Below are positions 21,201-31,500 of a DNA stretch of 64,000 nt, piece after piece. The stretch is from Candidatus Krumholzibacteriia bacterium (GTDB lineage Bacteria > Krumholzibacteriota > Krumholzibacteriia > WVZY01 > JAKEHA01), in NCBI GenBank assembly GCA_029865265.1, contig JAOUHG010000002.1:98357-162356 (forward strand). The letters run 5' to 3'. The stretch's first letter is position 1. Every line of letters begins with the position of its first letter. Both the position numbers and the translations under genes were made by a program. The notes under the pieces were generated by a model. The model did no database searches. It worked only from the letters and a program-made list of their open reading frames with translations, and was not told the origin of the DNA.

Positions 21201-22611
21201 TGAGCGAGTCCAGAACCGCCGCCCGGTTCTCGTCCACCGAGCCCGGGAAGTACTCCTGCGTCTCGTACATGCGCACGACATCGAGTCCCGGGGCGGTCAG
21301 ATGGTTGTTGTAGATGGTCTCGGTGAGATCGGCACCGTTGACGGTGATCGCCTGGGGTGGCGACCAGTTCAGCGGGAAAAGCACCTCGCCCAGCAGGAGC
21401 ACGCGATGGCCGAACGAGAGGTCGGCCGGAGTCTCGTAGGCGATGACCTTGCCGGTCATCATGGCCACTTCCGCCACCGACGAGGTCGGCAAGCGGCCCA
21501 CGTACACCTCGGCGTAGAGGTCGGCTCCGTCTATCGGCGTGCCCTCCCCGAAAATGGCGTCGCCGTCCGCGTTCCACGAACCATCCAGGCAACCGAAGTA
21601 CATGTCCACCGGCAGGAAACGCCCGCCGTCGTAGAAGCCGCTCCACGCCAGGCGCGGCGCGATCTCGCCGGTGTCTCCGCCCAGCAGCAGATAGGTGATC
21701 CCCCACTTTGCATACGCGTCCTTGACGAAGTTGCGGATGGTCTCCTGCGGGTCCGAGCCGTTGCGATAGTTGGCCTCGATCCACTCCGTGGTGCGCACCA
21801 CCGTCGGGACACCCTTGCCCGTCTTGAAGTCCGCCAGCGCCTGGTAGGCGGCCGCCAGCGAATCGGGGGTTACGATTACGTAATCGACCGCGCTGCCCTC
21901 CAGCGAGGGAAAGGTCGAGGGGGCGAAGCCACCGTCCGGCGCGGGCACGTCGACGGCACCAAAGCTGTAACCCGCCGCGTCGGCGCTGTTGATCACGAGC
22001 CGCGAAAGTTCTCCCTGGATGCGCTGCATGGCACGCGGACGGCGCCGCACCATGTGGACGGGCGCCGGTTGCGCGGATGGCGTGGTCTCGATTTCGAGCG
22101 TGACGGCCGGGTAGGCAACCAGATCCTCTCCGGACAACGACAGCGGATACACCGCGAAACTGGCGATGGTGTAACCATGCAGGGTTCCCACACCAAGCAG
22201 ACGCGCGCGCTCGGCGGGAAACGCCCCGCCTGACGCCAGCGACACCAGCGCGGTCGATTGCCCCGCGACGCCGTCTTCGGTGCGCATCGCATCCGCGAGC
22301 ACCGGGCTCACGCGGGTGGCGATGACGGTGGTGCCGCGTGCATCTGCGGCGAACGACGCCAGCTCGTGCCCCTGGGGCAACAGCACGCTCACGATGCGGT
22401 ACGGCAGCGCCGGGCGCCCCTCGTCCGCGAGGGTGGAATAGCCGTCGGCGCGCACCGAGACCGCGTGCCCCGCGGCGGTACCGCGCACGTCCACGTCGGC
22501 GGGGTCGAGCACCAGTTGGTAGGAGAGGGTCGTAGCCTGCGCAGAAAGCACGCCGGCTGCGAGCAGGAGTCCGGTGGCCAGAACGGGAATTGCAACTCGG
22601 AATCGTTTCAT
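17653..22611 (-). CDS. Giant secreted protein 1 (~1652 aa): peptidase C25 (gingipain-like) domain + FN3 + FG-GAP/VCBS beta-propeller repeats + conserved pre-tail module + T9SS type-A sorting domain
   Basis: ATG at 22611 gives MKRFRVAIPVLATGLLLAAGVLSAQA (signal peptide), with a GGAGGTGA SD. C25 entry block DYVIVTPDSLAAAYQALADFKTGKGVPTVVRTTEWI. His/Cys dyad context HVVHIGHG ... YFLNCTGAS. Repeated DxDxDGxxExxxG FG-GAP blades. Ends ...KLGQNHPNPFNPVTSIDYW...IYDVRGARVRTLV...SGVYFYRMVAGGF..RKMLLVK (Por_Secre_tail). Confidence 0.8.
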   Translation of the reverse strand: MKRFRVAIPVLATGLLLAAGVLSAQATTLSYQLVLDPADVDVRGTAAGHAVSVRADGYSTLADEGRPALPYRIVSVLLPQGHELASFAADARGTTVIATRVSPVLADAMRTEDGVAGQSTALVSLASGGAFPAERARLLGVGTLHGYTIASFAVYPLSLSGEDLVAYPAVTLEIETTPSAQPAPVHMVRRRPRAMQRIQGELSRLVINSADAAGYSFGAVDVPAPDGGFAPSTFPSLEGSAVDYVIVTPDSLAAAYQALADFKTGKGVPTVVRTTEWIEANYRNGSDPQETIRNFVKDAYAKWGITYLLLGGDTGEIAPRLAWSGFYDGGRFLPVDMYFGCLDGSWNADGDAIFGEGTPIDGADLYAEVYVGRLPTSSVAEVAMMTGKVIAYETPADLSFGHRVLLLGEVLFPLNWSPPQAITVNGADLTETIYNNHLTAPGLDVVRMYETQEYFPGSVDENRAAVLDSLNTGFNHVVHIGHGYRFNMSVSDASIVNSDADALINGNRLSCLYFLNCTGASYTYYCLAEHFLRNPNGGAVSVVGANESAFPNASSAYMNEYYKLAFDSAVTNIGETFARSRALRTPLALLGDNVDLWTHYIYTLLADPELPMWTHRPATTDVTHAASVSAGKQNILVTVMSGGNPVEGATVCLTKGGDDYAVATTDMSGQATLPFRARSPGAIDVVVTGHNQRRYDGTITVTAAAAYVQIAGMTVDDDNTGGTAGNGNGVIEGGETVDLALSLKNTGPVSTGDVTVTLRSSDPGVVLDDSTAAAGVIASGATVVAGGGVRVTFDDAYPDAYPVPFTLVIKNDGGEAWRDTFKKEVHQPGLFQVTLRIDDVANGNGDGIVDAGEQFHLFYKVKNFGTGAFPGGSATITDLDAGFTLIGANDSYAAVAPMAEAENTAGFEMIETSVASEHRLLVEIVDTYGRSYQDIVELRPPVAPVGLVIDPSLGPDRLQVFWSASVSGDAETYHVYRSTTPVGPWVKSTVDPVSHTVFLDRGLTSNSLYYFRATTIDTSGNESAPSAVASGSTNPQQVSGFPLPLGSETSSSPVVGDIDGDGDLEIVVCADKVYAFNSDGSEVINGDGDAQTWGVLSPVGGSFVAHAALARLDAAPGLEVIAASRDLKQVYVFNHQGALLPGWPRSAENFVRAGVAAGDLDGDNLLEVIAVDEKGVIYAWNADGSEFIDGDFNPLTQGVFFRMPNCTFNYSTPAMADIDGDNMEELIVGSQGDQLYVFNEDGSVSPGWPYALASDVAGSPAIGDVDNNGDLEIVVNTAAGNLFVINHDATLQMSQYFSNAPWNPFFASSPAIGNVTGDGKLEIFVARGSGNIYGTQSNGVVLAGWPRQYTTTTYTESSPVIADVDGDGNPDIVIGSETQYLYAWNVSGQLIAGFPLKTDDAMRGVPELNDVDQDGDIDLVAAGWDKSLYVWDFSGSWNPATAPWPRFHANAHNNGAHGFVVPTPVGGASFRYAALGGGMELVWTVPLSASGGLFNVSRAELKDDAPGPYRRVASAVGLSMDGEVRVVDRGVEMGSRYVYRLEGEGGVVNETLAVLVPVTIAKLGQNHPNPFNPVTSIDYWVPGGIRNAVSLVIYDVRGARVRTLVNEHKAAGRYQSRWDGRNDAGAPVSSGVYFYRMVAGGFTDTRKMLLVK

Positions 22612-22655
22612 GAGACCGTCACCTCCGCGTCGGGTCGCGGTTGGGAATACGAACG

Positions 22656-23233
22656 TTATTTGAGGAGAACCATTCTGCGCGCATCCTGGAAGGAGCCCGC
22701 GGACATGCGGTAGAAATAAACTCCGGAACCGACCGGCGCACCCGCGTCGTTGCGCCCGTCCCACTGCGCCGCGTAACGGCCCGCGGCCTTCTCCCCGTCG
22801 ACCAGCGTGCGCACCCGCGCACCCCGGACGTCGTAGATCACCAGACTCACCGCATTGCGGATGCCGCCCGGAACCCAGTACTCGATTGTTGTCACCGGGT
22901 TGAACGGGTTGGGATAGTTCTGGCCCAGCTTCGCGATCGTCACCGGTACCAGCACCGCCAGCGTCTCGTTGACCACACCGCCCTCGCCCTCCAGCCGGTA
23001 GACGTAGCGCGAGCCCATCTCCACGCCCCGGTCCACCACCCGCACCTCACCGTCCATGGACAGGCCCACCGCGCTCGCCACCCGCCGGTACGGGCCAGGC
23101 ACATCGTCCTTCAGTTCCGCCCGGCTCACGTTGAACAACCCGCCGCTCGCGCTCAGGGGAACCGTCCACACCAGTTCCATGCCCCCGCCCAGCGCCGCGT
23201 AGCGGAACGAGGCGCCACCCACCGGAGTGGGCA
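22656..23233 (-). repeat. Copy 2 of the ~580-nt conserved 3' segment
   Basis: As for copy 1. Identity ends at the stop codon and the downstream flank diverges. Confidence 0.6.
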
Positions 23234-26200
23234 GGGTGAAACCCGTGCGCCCATTGTTGTGCACGTTGGCGTGGAACCGCGGCCAGGGGGCCGCATTGTC
23301 GTCCCAGCTACCGCTGAAGTCCCACACGTAGACATTCTTGTCCCAGCCCGCCGCAACCAGGTCGGTGTCTCCGTCGAGATCGACGTCGGCAAGCTGGGGC
23401 ACACCGCGCATGGAATCCTGGGTCTTGAGCGGGAACCCGTCGAGAACCACACCGTTGCGGTCCCACCCCCAGATGCTCTGCTCCTCGCTGCCGATCACCA
23501 CGTCCAGCAGGCCGTCGCCGTCCACGTCGGCAATGACCGGCGAGGATTCGGTATAGGTAAGCGTGGAGTAGTTCACCGGAAAGCCGGGGCGATCGGTGCC
23601 GGTGAAGCTGAAGCAGTAAAGCTTGCCGCTCGCAGCCGGCACGAAGGTCTCGAGCTTGCCGTCGCCATCCACGTCGGCCAGCGCTGGCGAGGGGGCAAAG
23701 AAGAGCCCGTTGGCAGTAAAGCGCGACCACAGCTCGGTGCCGTTGTTGCGGATGGCACGAATGTTTCCATTGCGGACATTGATGACGATCTCCAGGGTAC
23801 CGTTGCCGTCGACGTCACCCACCGCGGGACTCCCGGAAATGTCATCGGCGAGCGCCAATGGAAACCCGGGCAGGTTGTTGCCATACAGATCGAGCACGTG
23901 CAACTCATTGCCCTGGGTGCCGACGATGATTTCATCCCGGCTATCTGAGTTGATGTCGGCCAGCGCCGGCGTGGAATACTGGAAGGTGCAACCGGTGAGG
24001 CGTTTGAACACGCCCTGGGTTACAGGATTGGCATCACCGTCCAAGTACTCCGATCCGTCGGCGCGCCACACGTAAACGACGCCGAGTTCGTCGATGGCCA
24101 CCACTTCCCGGGGCAGTCCATCGCCGTCGACGTCACCCACCGCCGCACCCGCGCGGATGAAGTTCTCCACCGTCCGCGGCCAGCCGGCCAGCACCTCGCC
24201 GGTATGGCGAAACACATACACCTGCTTGGTCTCGCGCGAAGATGCAACGATCTCCAGCCCCGGCAGTCCATCGAGCTGGGCCAGCGCCACGTGCCCCACG
24301 AAGTTGTCGCCCTGGTCGGACAACACGCCCCATGTCACCGGACTGTTATCGCCATCCACCACTTCGTCCCCGTCCCCGTGAAACGCATAGACGCGGTTGT
24401 CGCCGACCACGATTTCCGGCAATCCGTCGCCATCGATGTCCCCCACCGCCGGAGACGACGTGGTCTCCGCGGCCATCCCGATCGGGAACCCGATCACCTG
24501 TGACGGGTTGGTGCTCCCGGAGAACGCCGCGCTTTGCGCGCTCTCGTTTCCGGATGCATCGATGGCCGTCGCCTTGAAGTAGTACTTGGTGGTTGAGCTC
24601 AGCCCCGTGTTGAGGAAGAACGTGTGCGCAACCGGGTCCACGTTGCTCTGCGCGAACGGCCCCAGTGCGGATGTCGACCGATACAGGTTGTAACGCACCG
24701 CGTCCAGGCTCGTGCTGGCCGTCCACGATACCTGCAACCGATCCGGCCCCAACCCGGGGTCGACGACCAGCGCCGATGGCGGCAGCGGCGCGCGCAGCTC
24801 GACGGTGTCGGCATAGGCACGGCCGTAGGTGTCCGTCACCAGGATGCGCAGGCGGTGTTCGCTGGCGACACTCGGCTCGATCAACGTCAGTCCGCCCACA
24901 TTCTCGGCTTCCGCCTGCGGCGCAATGGCGCCAAAGGAATCCGTGCCGTCGATGATTGTGAAGCCTGCATCGAGATCGCTGATGGTCACCGATCCGCCGG
25001 GATACGTGCCGGTCCCGAAATTCTTGGCCCGGTAGTACAGGTTGAACTGCTCCCCTGCCTCAACCACGCCGTTGCCGTTGCCGGAGGCGCTGTCGTCGAT
25101 GCGCAACCGCACCAGCGCAAGGCTGCCCAGGTGGACTTCCTTCTTGAACTCATCGCGCCACGTCTCGACGCCGTTGACGCGGACCACGACGACGAAGGGC
25201 GCCGCGTACTCGTCCGGCAGCGCGCTGTTGAAAGTGACGCGCACGCCACCGGTGGCGGTGGCCGTGGCCCCCGCGGCGAGCGTCACCAGGCTGGCAGTGC
25301 TGTCATTGATGGTAACGCCCGCGTCGTTGCTGCGCAGCCGGACCGTGAGCGTCCCGGTGGTGCTGGAGGTGCCGGTGTTCTTGAAGGCGAGTTGCAGGTC
25401 GACGCGCTCGCCAGCCTCGATGACACCGTTTCCGTTTCCGCTGGTACCGCTGAGGTTGTCGTCGTCGATGACCATCGAGGCCAGCGTCACGTAGGGCCCG
25501 GTTCCGGTCACCGTGATGGCGCCATCGTAGCGCTTGTAGTTGCGGCCGGTGGCAACCACCTTGATGGATCCGGCGCTCTCGGCGCGGAAGGAGAGCGTCA
25601 CCTGGCCGGACACGTCCGTGGTCCCCACTTCGTAGTCATCGCCGTCCTTGGACAAGCACACGACCGCGCCCTCCACGGGCGTAGCGTTGCTGGTCACGGT
25701 GACGGTGACCAGGCTGGTCCCCTTGGGGACACTGGCCGGGAAGCTGGCCGTGAGCGGCGCGACCGCCCGCGTCCACAGGGGCATCTCGGGCTCCGCGAGG
25801 TTGGTGTAGACGAAGTGCGTCCAGCGATCGGATCCGTCGCTGGCCAGCGCGAAACCGGTTCGCGGTTCGCGCGAGCGCGCAAACAGCTCGCCCTGATGGA
25901 CGACGTTCTGCATCAGCAGCAGCCGGTAGAACTCGCCCTGGTACGAGGAAGCCGTGGTCGGGAACGCGCTCTCGTTGGACCCCACCACCGACACGGCGCC
26001 GCCGTTGGGGTTGCGCAGCAGGTGCTCGGCGAGGCTCTCGTAGGTGTACGCGCACGCGGTACAGTTCAGCAGGTTGAAGTTCGACAGGCGTGTGCCGTTG
26101 GTGAAGGCGTCGGCATCCGCGTTCACAATGCTCGCGTCGCCCACCGACATGTTGAAACGAAACCCGTGGCCGATGTGTATGACGTGGTTGTAGCCGGCGT

Positions 26201-27587
26201 TGATCGAGTCCACGGACACCTGCCGGGTCTCCGGCAGGACACCCGGGTACGCCGGGTGGTTCTCGTACAGACGCGTCACGGCGAGCGCTGGATCGGTGAA
26301 GTACGACAGGCGCAGAAACTCGGTGATGCTGGCGCCGTCGAGCGAAATCGGGTCGCCGGGGTGATAGTTCGAGGGGAAGAGCACCTCGGCCAGCATCAGG
26401 CTCTTGGCGGCGTAGGACGTCTGCGAGGGCTTCTCGTACTCCATCACCTTGCCGATCATCACCGCGGCCTCCGCGTTGGAGCGCGCGGGCAACCGTCCGG
26501 TGTAGACCTCCGCGTAGAGGTCGGCGTTGTCCTGGCCGAACTCGCCGAAGATCGCGTCGTGGTCGGCGTTCCAGTCGCCGTCCAGGCAGCCGAAGTACAT
26601 GTCGACCGGCAACATGCGGCCGCCGTCGTAGAAGACGGAAAATGCGGTGCGCACCGGAACCTGATCCGAGTCGCCTGCCAGCAGGAGATAGCTGATCCCC
26701 CACTTGGCGTAGGCGTCGATGGCGAAATTCCGCACCGTCTCGGCCATGTCGGCGCCGTTGAGGTAGTTGGCCGCGATCCACTCCGTGGTGCGCACCACCG
26801 TCGGCACACCCTTCTCCGTCTTCCAGTCGGCCAGGGTCTGGAAGGTGGCGGCGAGTGAGTCGTTGGTAACGATCACGTAGTCCACTGCACTTCCCTCCAA
26901 CGACGGGAAGATGGACGGCAGGAAGCCGCCGGTCGGTTCGGGCACCACCTCACCCGCGCTGGCGTACGACGACACCTGCCCGGCGTTGAGAACCATGGCG
27001 CGCAGCCGTTCGCGTACCGACTCGTCGAGCGCGTCGCGACGGCGTTCGCGTGTTACCGGCCGATCCTCGGCCGCCCGCGTGTGCACGGTGAAGGCAACTT
27101 CGTCCACCCCGAGCAATGTGTTGTCGACGACCTCAAACGGGTAGATGGCAATACTCGCCACCGCGTACCCGTGCAACCAGCCCGAGCCCAGGAAGCGCCC
27201 GCGCGCCTCACCGGACGCGGGGAGAACCGCAGCCGGCGCATCCGCCTCGAGACCCTGGGACGTGGTGTGCGCACCGGCCACGACGGGCGAAACTCCCGAA
27301 CGGACGACACGCGTCGTGCCGGAGCGGAACGAAACCGACGCCACCGCCTCGCCGGGCGGCAGCAACACGTTGACGATCCGATAGGGCAACTCGGGATAGC
27401 CTGGCTCGCGCGACACCTGCCACCCATCGGCGGTCACGGCGACGCGGTCCCCCCCGGGGGCGGAGGTGACGGACACGTCCCCGGGTACGGGAACGCGAAA
27501 GGAGAGGTCCGACGCCACGGCGACGTGCGCGAGCATGGCGACGGCAAGCATGGTAGCGAGCGAGACACGGGCGGAAAGGCGGTTCAT
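22656..27587 (-). CDS. Giant secreted protein 2 (~1643 aa), paralog with the same C25 + FN3 + FG-GAP + T9SS-tail architecture
   Basis: ATG giving MNRLSARVSLATMLAVAMLAHVAVA with GGAGG 9 nt upstream (the track M at 27596 is a non-ATG start). C25 blocks DYVIVTNDSLAATFQTLADWKTEKGVPTVVRTTEWI, HVIHIGHG, LLNCTAC. C-terminal 230 aa near-identical to genes 1 and 3. Confidence 0.8.
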   Translation of the reverse strand: MNRLSARVSLATMLAVAMLAHVAVASDLSFRVPVPGDVSVTSAPGGDRVAVTADGWQVSREPGYPELPYRIVNVLLPPGEAVASVSFRSGTTRVVRSGVSPVVAGAHTTSQGLEADAPAAVLPASGEARGRFLGSGWLHGYAVASIAIYPFEVVDNTLLGVDEVAFTVHTRAAEDRPVTRERRRDALDESVRERLRAMVLNAGQVSSYASAGEVVPEPTGGFLPSIFPSLEGSAVDYVIVTNDSLAATFQTLADWKTEKGVPTVVRTTEWIAANYLNGADMAETVRNFAIDAYAKWGISYLLLAGDSDQVPVRTAFSVFYDGGRMLPVDMYFGCLDGDWNADHDAIFGEFGQDNADLYAEVYTGRLPARSNAEAAVMIGKVMEYEKPSQTSYAAKSLMLAEVLFPSNYHPGDPISLDGASITEFLRLSYFTDPALAVTRLYENHPAYPGVLPETRQVSVDSINAGYNHVIHIGHGFRFNMSVGDASIVNADADAFTNGTRLSNFNLLNCTACAYTYESLAEHLLRNPNGGAVSVVGSNESAFPTTASSYQGEFYRLLLMQNVVHQGELFARSREPRTGFALASDGSDRWTHFVYTNLAEPEMPLWTRAVAPLTASFPASVPKGTSLVTVTVTSNATPVEGAVVCLSKDGDDYEVGTTDVSGQVTLSFRAESAGSIKVVATGRNYKRYDGAITVTGTGPYVTLASMVIDDDNLSGTSGNGNGVIEAGERVDLQLAFKNTGTSSTTGTLTVRLRSNDAGVTINDSTASLVTLAAGATATATGGVRVTFNSALPDEYAAPFVVVVRVNGVETWRDEFKKEVHLGSLALVRLRIDDSASGNGNGVVEAGEQFNLYYRAKNFGTGTYPGGSVTISDLDAGFTIIDGTDSFGAIAPQAEAENVGGLTLIEPSVASEHRLRILVTDTYGRAYADTVELRAPLPPSALVVDPGLGPDRLQVSWTASTSLDAVRYNLYRSTSALGPFAQSNVDPVAHTFFLNTGLSSTTKYYFKATAIDASGNESAQSAAFSGSTNPSQVIGFPIGMAAETTSSPAVGDIDGDGLPEIVVGDNRVYAFHGDGDEVVDGDNSPVTWGVLSDQGDNFVGHVALAQLDGLPGLEIVASSRETKQVYVFRHTGEVLAGWPRTVENFIRAGAAVGDVDGDGLPREVVAIDELGVVYVWRADGSEYLDGDANPVTQGVFKRLTGCTFQYSTPALADINSDSRDEIIVGTQGNELHVLDLYGNNLPGFPLALADDISGSPAVGDVDGNGTLEIVINVRNGNIRAIRNNGTELWSRFTANGLFFAPSPALADVDGDGKLETFVPAASGKLYCFSFTGTDRPGFPVNYSTLTYTESSPVIADVDGDGLLDVVIGSEEQSIWGWDRNGVVLDGFPLKTQDSMRGVPQLADVDLDGDTDLVAAGWDKNVYVWDFSGSWDDNAAPWPRFHANVHNNGRTGFTLPTPVGGASFRYAALGGGMELVWTVPLSASGGLFNVSRAELKDDVPGPYRRVASAVGLSMDGEVRVVDRGVEMGSRYVYRLEGEGGVVNETLAVLVPVTIAKLGQNYPNPFNPVTTIEYWVPGGIRNAVSLVIYDVRGARVRTLVDGEKAAGRYAAQWDGRNDAGAPVGSGVYFYRMSAGSFQDARRMVLLK

Positions 27588-27842
27588 CAGAGACAACCTC
27601 CGGTACGCGCGGTCAGTCGTTCGCCGGTAGGAGCGACGGCGATCTTCGGACCATCTGCTGGTCTTGCCGCGCGTCCGTGGCGCCGCGGCTATGTCAAATC
27701 ACGGAGAAATGGAAAACCGTTGTTGGTAGCAGATCGCGTTTCGCTTGCGCTCCCGCGGTTGGTTGTTGAACCGCCCAATGATGAGTACATCATTATATCG
27801 CAACGGGATCGGCCCGTCAATGGCAGAGTCTGCGCGACGACA

Positions 27843-27893
27843 GCCATCCGGGATCTGCTGGTGTGTCGAGGAGGTATGCTCGTCCCGGATGGC
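27843..27893 (-). terminator. GC hairpin (11-bp stem GCCATCCGGGA/TCCCGGATGGC, 29-nt loop) ~30 nt downstream of the giant gene 3 stop; possible terminator
   Basis: Inverted repeat read from the sequence in the 326-nt gap between giant genes 3 and 2. No U-tract. Confidence 0.3.
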
Positions 27894-27922
27894 CTGCCGC
27901 GCAGAAATTCTTGCCCGTTTCT

Positions 27923-28500
27923 CTATTTCAGAAGGACCATCCTGCGGGTGTTCTCGAAACCACCCGCCACCATGCGGTAGAAGTAGACGCCGGAACTGAC
28001 GGGCGCACCCGCGTCGTTGCGCCCGTCCCACTGCGCCGCGTAACGGCCCGCGGCTTTCTCCCTGTCGACCAGCGTGCGCACCCGCGCACCCCGGACGTCG
28101 TAGATCACCAGGCTCACCCGGTTGCGGCTTCCGCCCGGAACCCAGTACTCGATTGTTGTCACCGGGTTGAACGGGTTGGGATAGTTCTGGCCCAGCTTCG
28201 CGATCGTCACCGGTACCAGCACCGCCAGCGTCTCGTTGACCACACCGCCCTCTCCCTCCAGCCGGTAGACGTAGCGCGAGCCCATCTCCACACCCCGGTC
28301 CACCACCCGCACCTCACCGTCCATGGACAGACCCACCGCGCTCGCCACCCGCCGGTACGGGCCCGGCTCGCCGTCCTTCAGCTCCGCCCGGCTCACGTTG
28401 AACAACCCGCCGCTCGCGCTCAGCGGAACCGTCCACACCAGCTCCATGCCACCGCCCAGCGCCGCGTAGCGGAACGAGGCGCCACCCACCGGTGTGGGCA
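27923..28500 (-). repeat. Copy 3 of the ~580-nt conserved 3' segment
   Basis: As for copy 1. Confidence 0.6.
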
Positions 28501-31500
28501 GGGGCGTGGCAACGTTGCCGTCGTTGAACAGATTGGCGTGATAGCGCGCCCACGGCGCCTTGAGGGGATTGAACATCGACGGGAAATCCCACACGTAGAC
28601 ACTCTTGTCCCACCCGGCCGCCACCAGGTCGGTATCGCCATCCTTGTCGACGTCGGCGATGAGCGGCGTGGCGCGAACCGCATCCGACAACGCCAGCGGG
28701 AAGCCGGGCATGAGCTGCCCGGAAGCGTCCCACGCGTTCAGGTACTTGTTCTCGTCTCCCAGCAGCACGTCCAGTGAACCGTCGTTGTCGATGTCCGCGA
28801 TGACCGGAGACGATTCCGTGTACAACTGGGTGGCGTAGGCCACCGGCCAGCCCGGCAGGCTGCTGCCGTTCCAGCGGATGGCGTACAGGTTGCGGTTCTT
28901 GCTCGGCAGGACAACCTCCAGCCTGCCGTCACCATCGAGGTCCCCGAGCGCGGGCGAGGGACCGAACGCCAGCTGGTTCTGGAACCACGTATTCCACAGG
29001 ATGGTGCCGTCGTGGTGAAGCGCCCACACCAGGCCGCCCCATTCGCACACGACGATCTCCAGGTCTCCGTCGTTGTCGATGTCACCCACCGCCGGGCTAC
29101 CCGAAATGTCGGTGCTGAATCCCTTCGGCCACCCCGGCACCACCGAGCCGTCTGCGTTGAGCACGTACAGGGAGTCACCCTGCGTCCCCACCACGATTTC
29201 ATTGACGTTGTCGCCGTCGATATCCGCGATGGCCGGGCAGGTGTACTGATAGACGCATCCGCCGAAGGTGCGGAACACGCCGTTGGTTGCGGGGTTGTTG
29301 TCGCCATTGCGCCATTCGCTGCCATCTGGATTCCACACGTAGAGAACGCCCTTCTCGTCGAGCGCGATGACTTCCTTCTGGCCGTCGTTGTTGATATCGC
29401 CCGCCACCACCGCGGCGCGTATCGGATTCAACACGGTCTGCGGCCAGCCGGCGATCGGGTTGCCGGTGTAGCTGAAGACAATCACCTGTTTGGTGTCGCG
29501 CGACGCGGCCAGGATTTCCATTCCCGGTACCGCGTCCATGTCGGCCAGGCCGACGTGTGCCACGTAGTTGCTTCCCAGGGTGCTGAACAGACCCCACGTC
29601 TGCGCGTTGAGGTCAGCGTCGCGTACCTCCACCCCGTTATGATGCCAGGCGTAGAGCTTGTTGTTGCCCTGTATGATTTCGAAGTCGTTGTCGCCGTCGA
29701 TATCGCCCACCACCGGAGAACACACGGTTTCCACCGCCATGGCGATGGGCCAACCCTCCGCCTGCTTCGGATTCGTGCTGCCGCTGAACTCCGGGGAAGG
29801 CGCGCTCTCGTTACCCGAGGCATCGATGGTGGTCACGCGCATGTAATAGCGGGTGGTGGGCTGGAGCCCGCCGCTGAGGAATGTCGTATGGTGCACCGGG
29901 TCGGGCGTCATCACCGAGTACGGCCCGCCCGGGAACGGCGACGATAGCACCCGGTAACCGACGGCGTCAGCGGATGCGCTCGCGTCCCAGGAAATCTTGA
30001 GACGATCCGCGCCCAGGCTCGGATCGAACTTCAGCGTGAGCGGTGGTACGGGTGCGCGCAGCTCGAAGAGCTTGGTCCACACCTGTCCGTATGCGTCGGC
30101 TACTTCCAGCTTGAGCGTGTGGGGCACCGCGACACTGTTCTCCCGCAGGAGGAATCCGTTTGTGTTCTCCGCCTCGCCGATGCTGGGCAACTCCGGGTAC
30201 GTGTCCACGCTGTCGGTGAACACGAACGCACCGCCGAGGTCGGTCAGACGAGCGGTGAGCCCGTGGGCGGCCCCGGTGCCGAAGTTCTTCACGTCGTAGT
30301 AGAGACGGAAGTCCTCGCCCGCGTCGACCACGCCGTCTCCGTTGCCGCTCGCCGAATCGTCGACACGCAGCACCACGAACTCGAGCCGCGGTGTATGCAC
30401 CAGACGCGTAAAGCGATCCGTCCACAGCGGCACCCCGTTGTCGCGCACCTCGAGCGTGAACAGCACCGGCAGTTCGTCCGGCAGCGAGGGATCGATACGG
30501 ATACGGAACGGATCGGTGGCGGCGACCGTCCCGCCCGCCGGCACGATGCCCACGGCCGCCAGGCTGTCCTCCACCACGAAACCGACGTAGGAGGTGCGCA
30601 ACGCAAGGGTGACGTTCTGCGCGGCCGACAGTCCGGTATTCCTGACCGAGGCCGTGAGTTCGAGCACTTCTCCCGCCCCGATCACGCCATCACCGTTGCC
30701 GCTGGTGGTCGCGGTGGAGTCATCCCCCACCTCGCACCCGGCGAAGCTCACGTAAGCACCCGCGCCGGGGCTGACGGGAATGGCGCCCACGTGCGTGGCG
30801 CGGTTGGGTGCGCTGGCCACCACCGAGACGTTGCCGGCCGACTCGGCGGTCATGGTGAGCGTCACCGATCCGGCGCCGTCGGTGAGACCCACTTCGTAGT
30901 CGTCGTCGTCCTTGGAGAGACACACGCGCGCACCGGCCACGGGGCCGCCAGCGTCGGAGACGGTAACCGTGATGGGCGTGGTGCCCAGCCCCAACGCACC
31001 GGTGTAGTTCACGACAAGGGGCTGCACCGGCCTCGTCCACAGCGGCATCTCGGGGTCGGCCAGCATGCAGTAGATGTAGTGCGTCCACAGCTCGCCGTTG
31101 TCACCGGTCTGCGCGACGGGTGTGCGCGGTTCGCGGGAACGCACGAAAGTCTCGCCGATGTTGGTGACACCCTGGTTGAAGAGCAGGTCGTAGTAGTCGT
31201 TCATGTACGGCTGCGAGAGCAGCGGGTAGGCGCTCTCATTGGCCCCCACCACCGACACGGCGCCGCCGTTGGGATTCACCAGGAAGTGCTCGCCGAGACA
31301 GAAATAGGTGAAGGCAACGCCGGTACAATTGAGCAGATACAGGTTGGTGAAGCGGTTGGGATTCACCATCGCGTCCGCATCCGCATTCACGATATTCCCC
31401 GCACCCACCGACATGTTGAAGCGGAAGCCGTGACCGATATGGTTCACGTGGTCGTACCCACTCTCGATGGAGTCGATGGCCGAGACCGCCGTCTCCGGCA

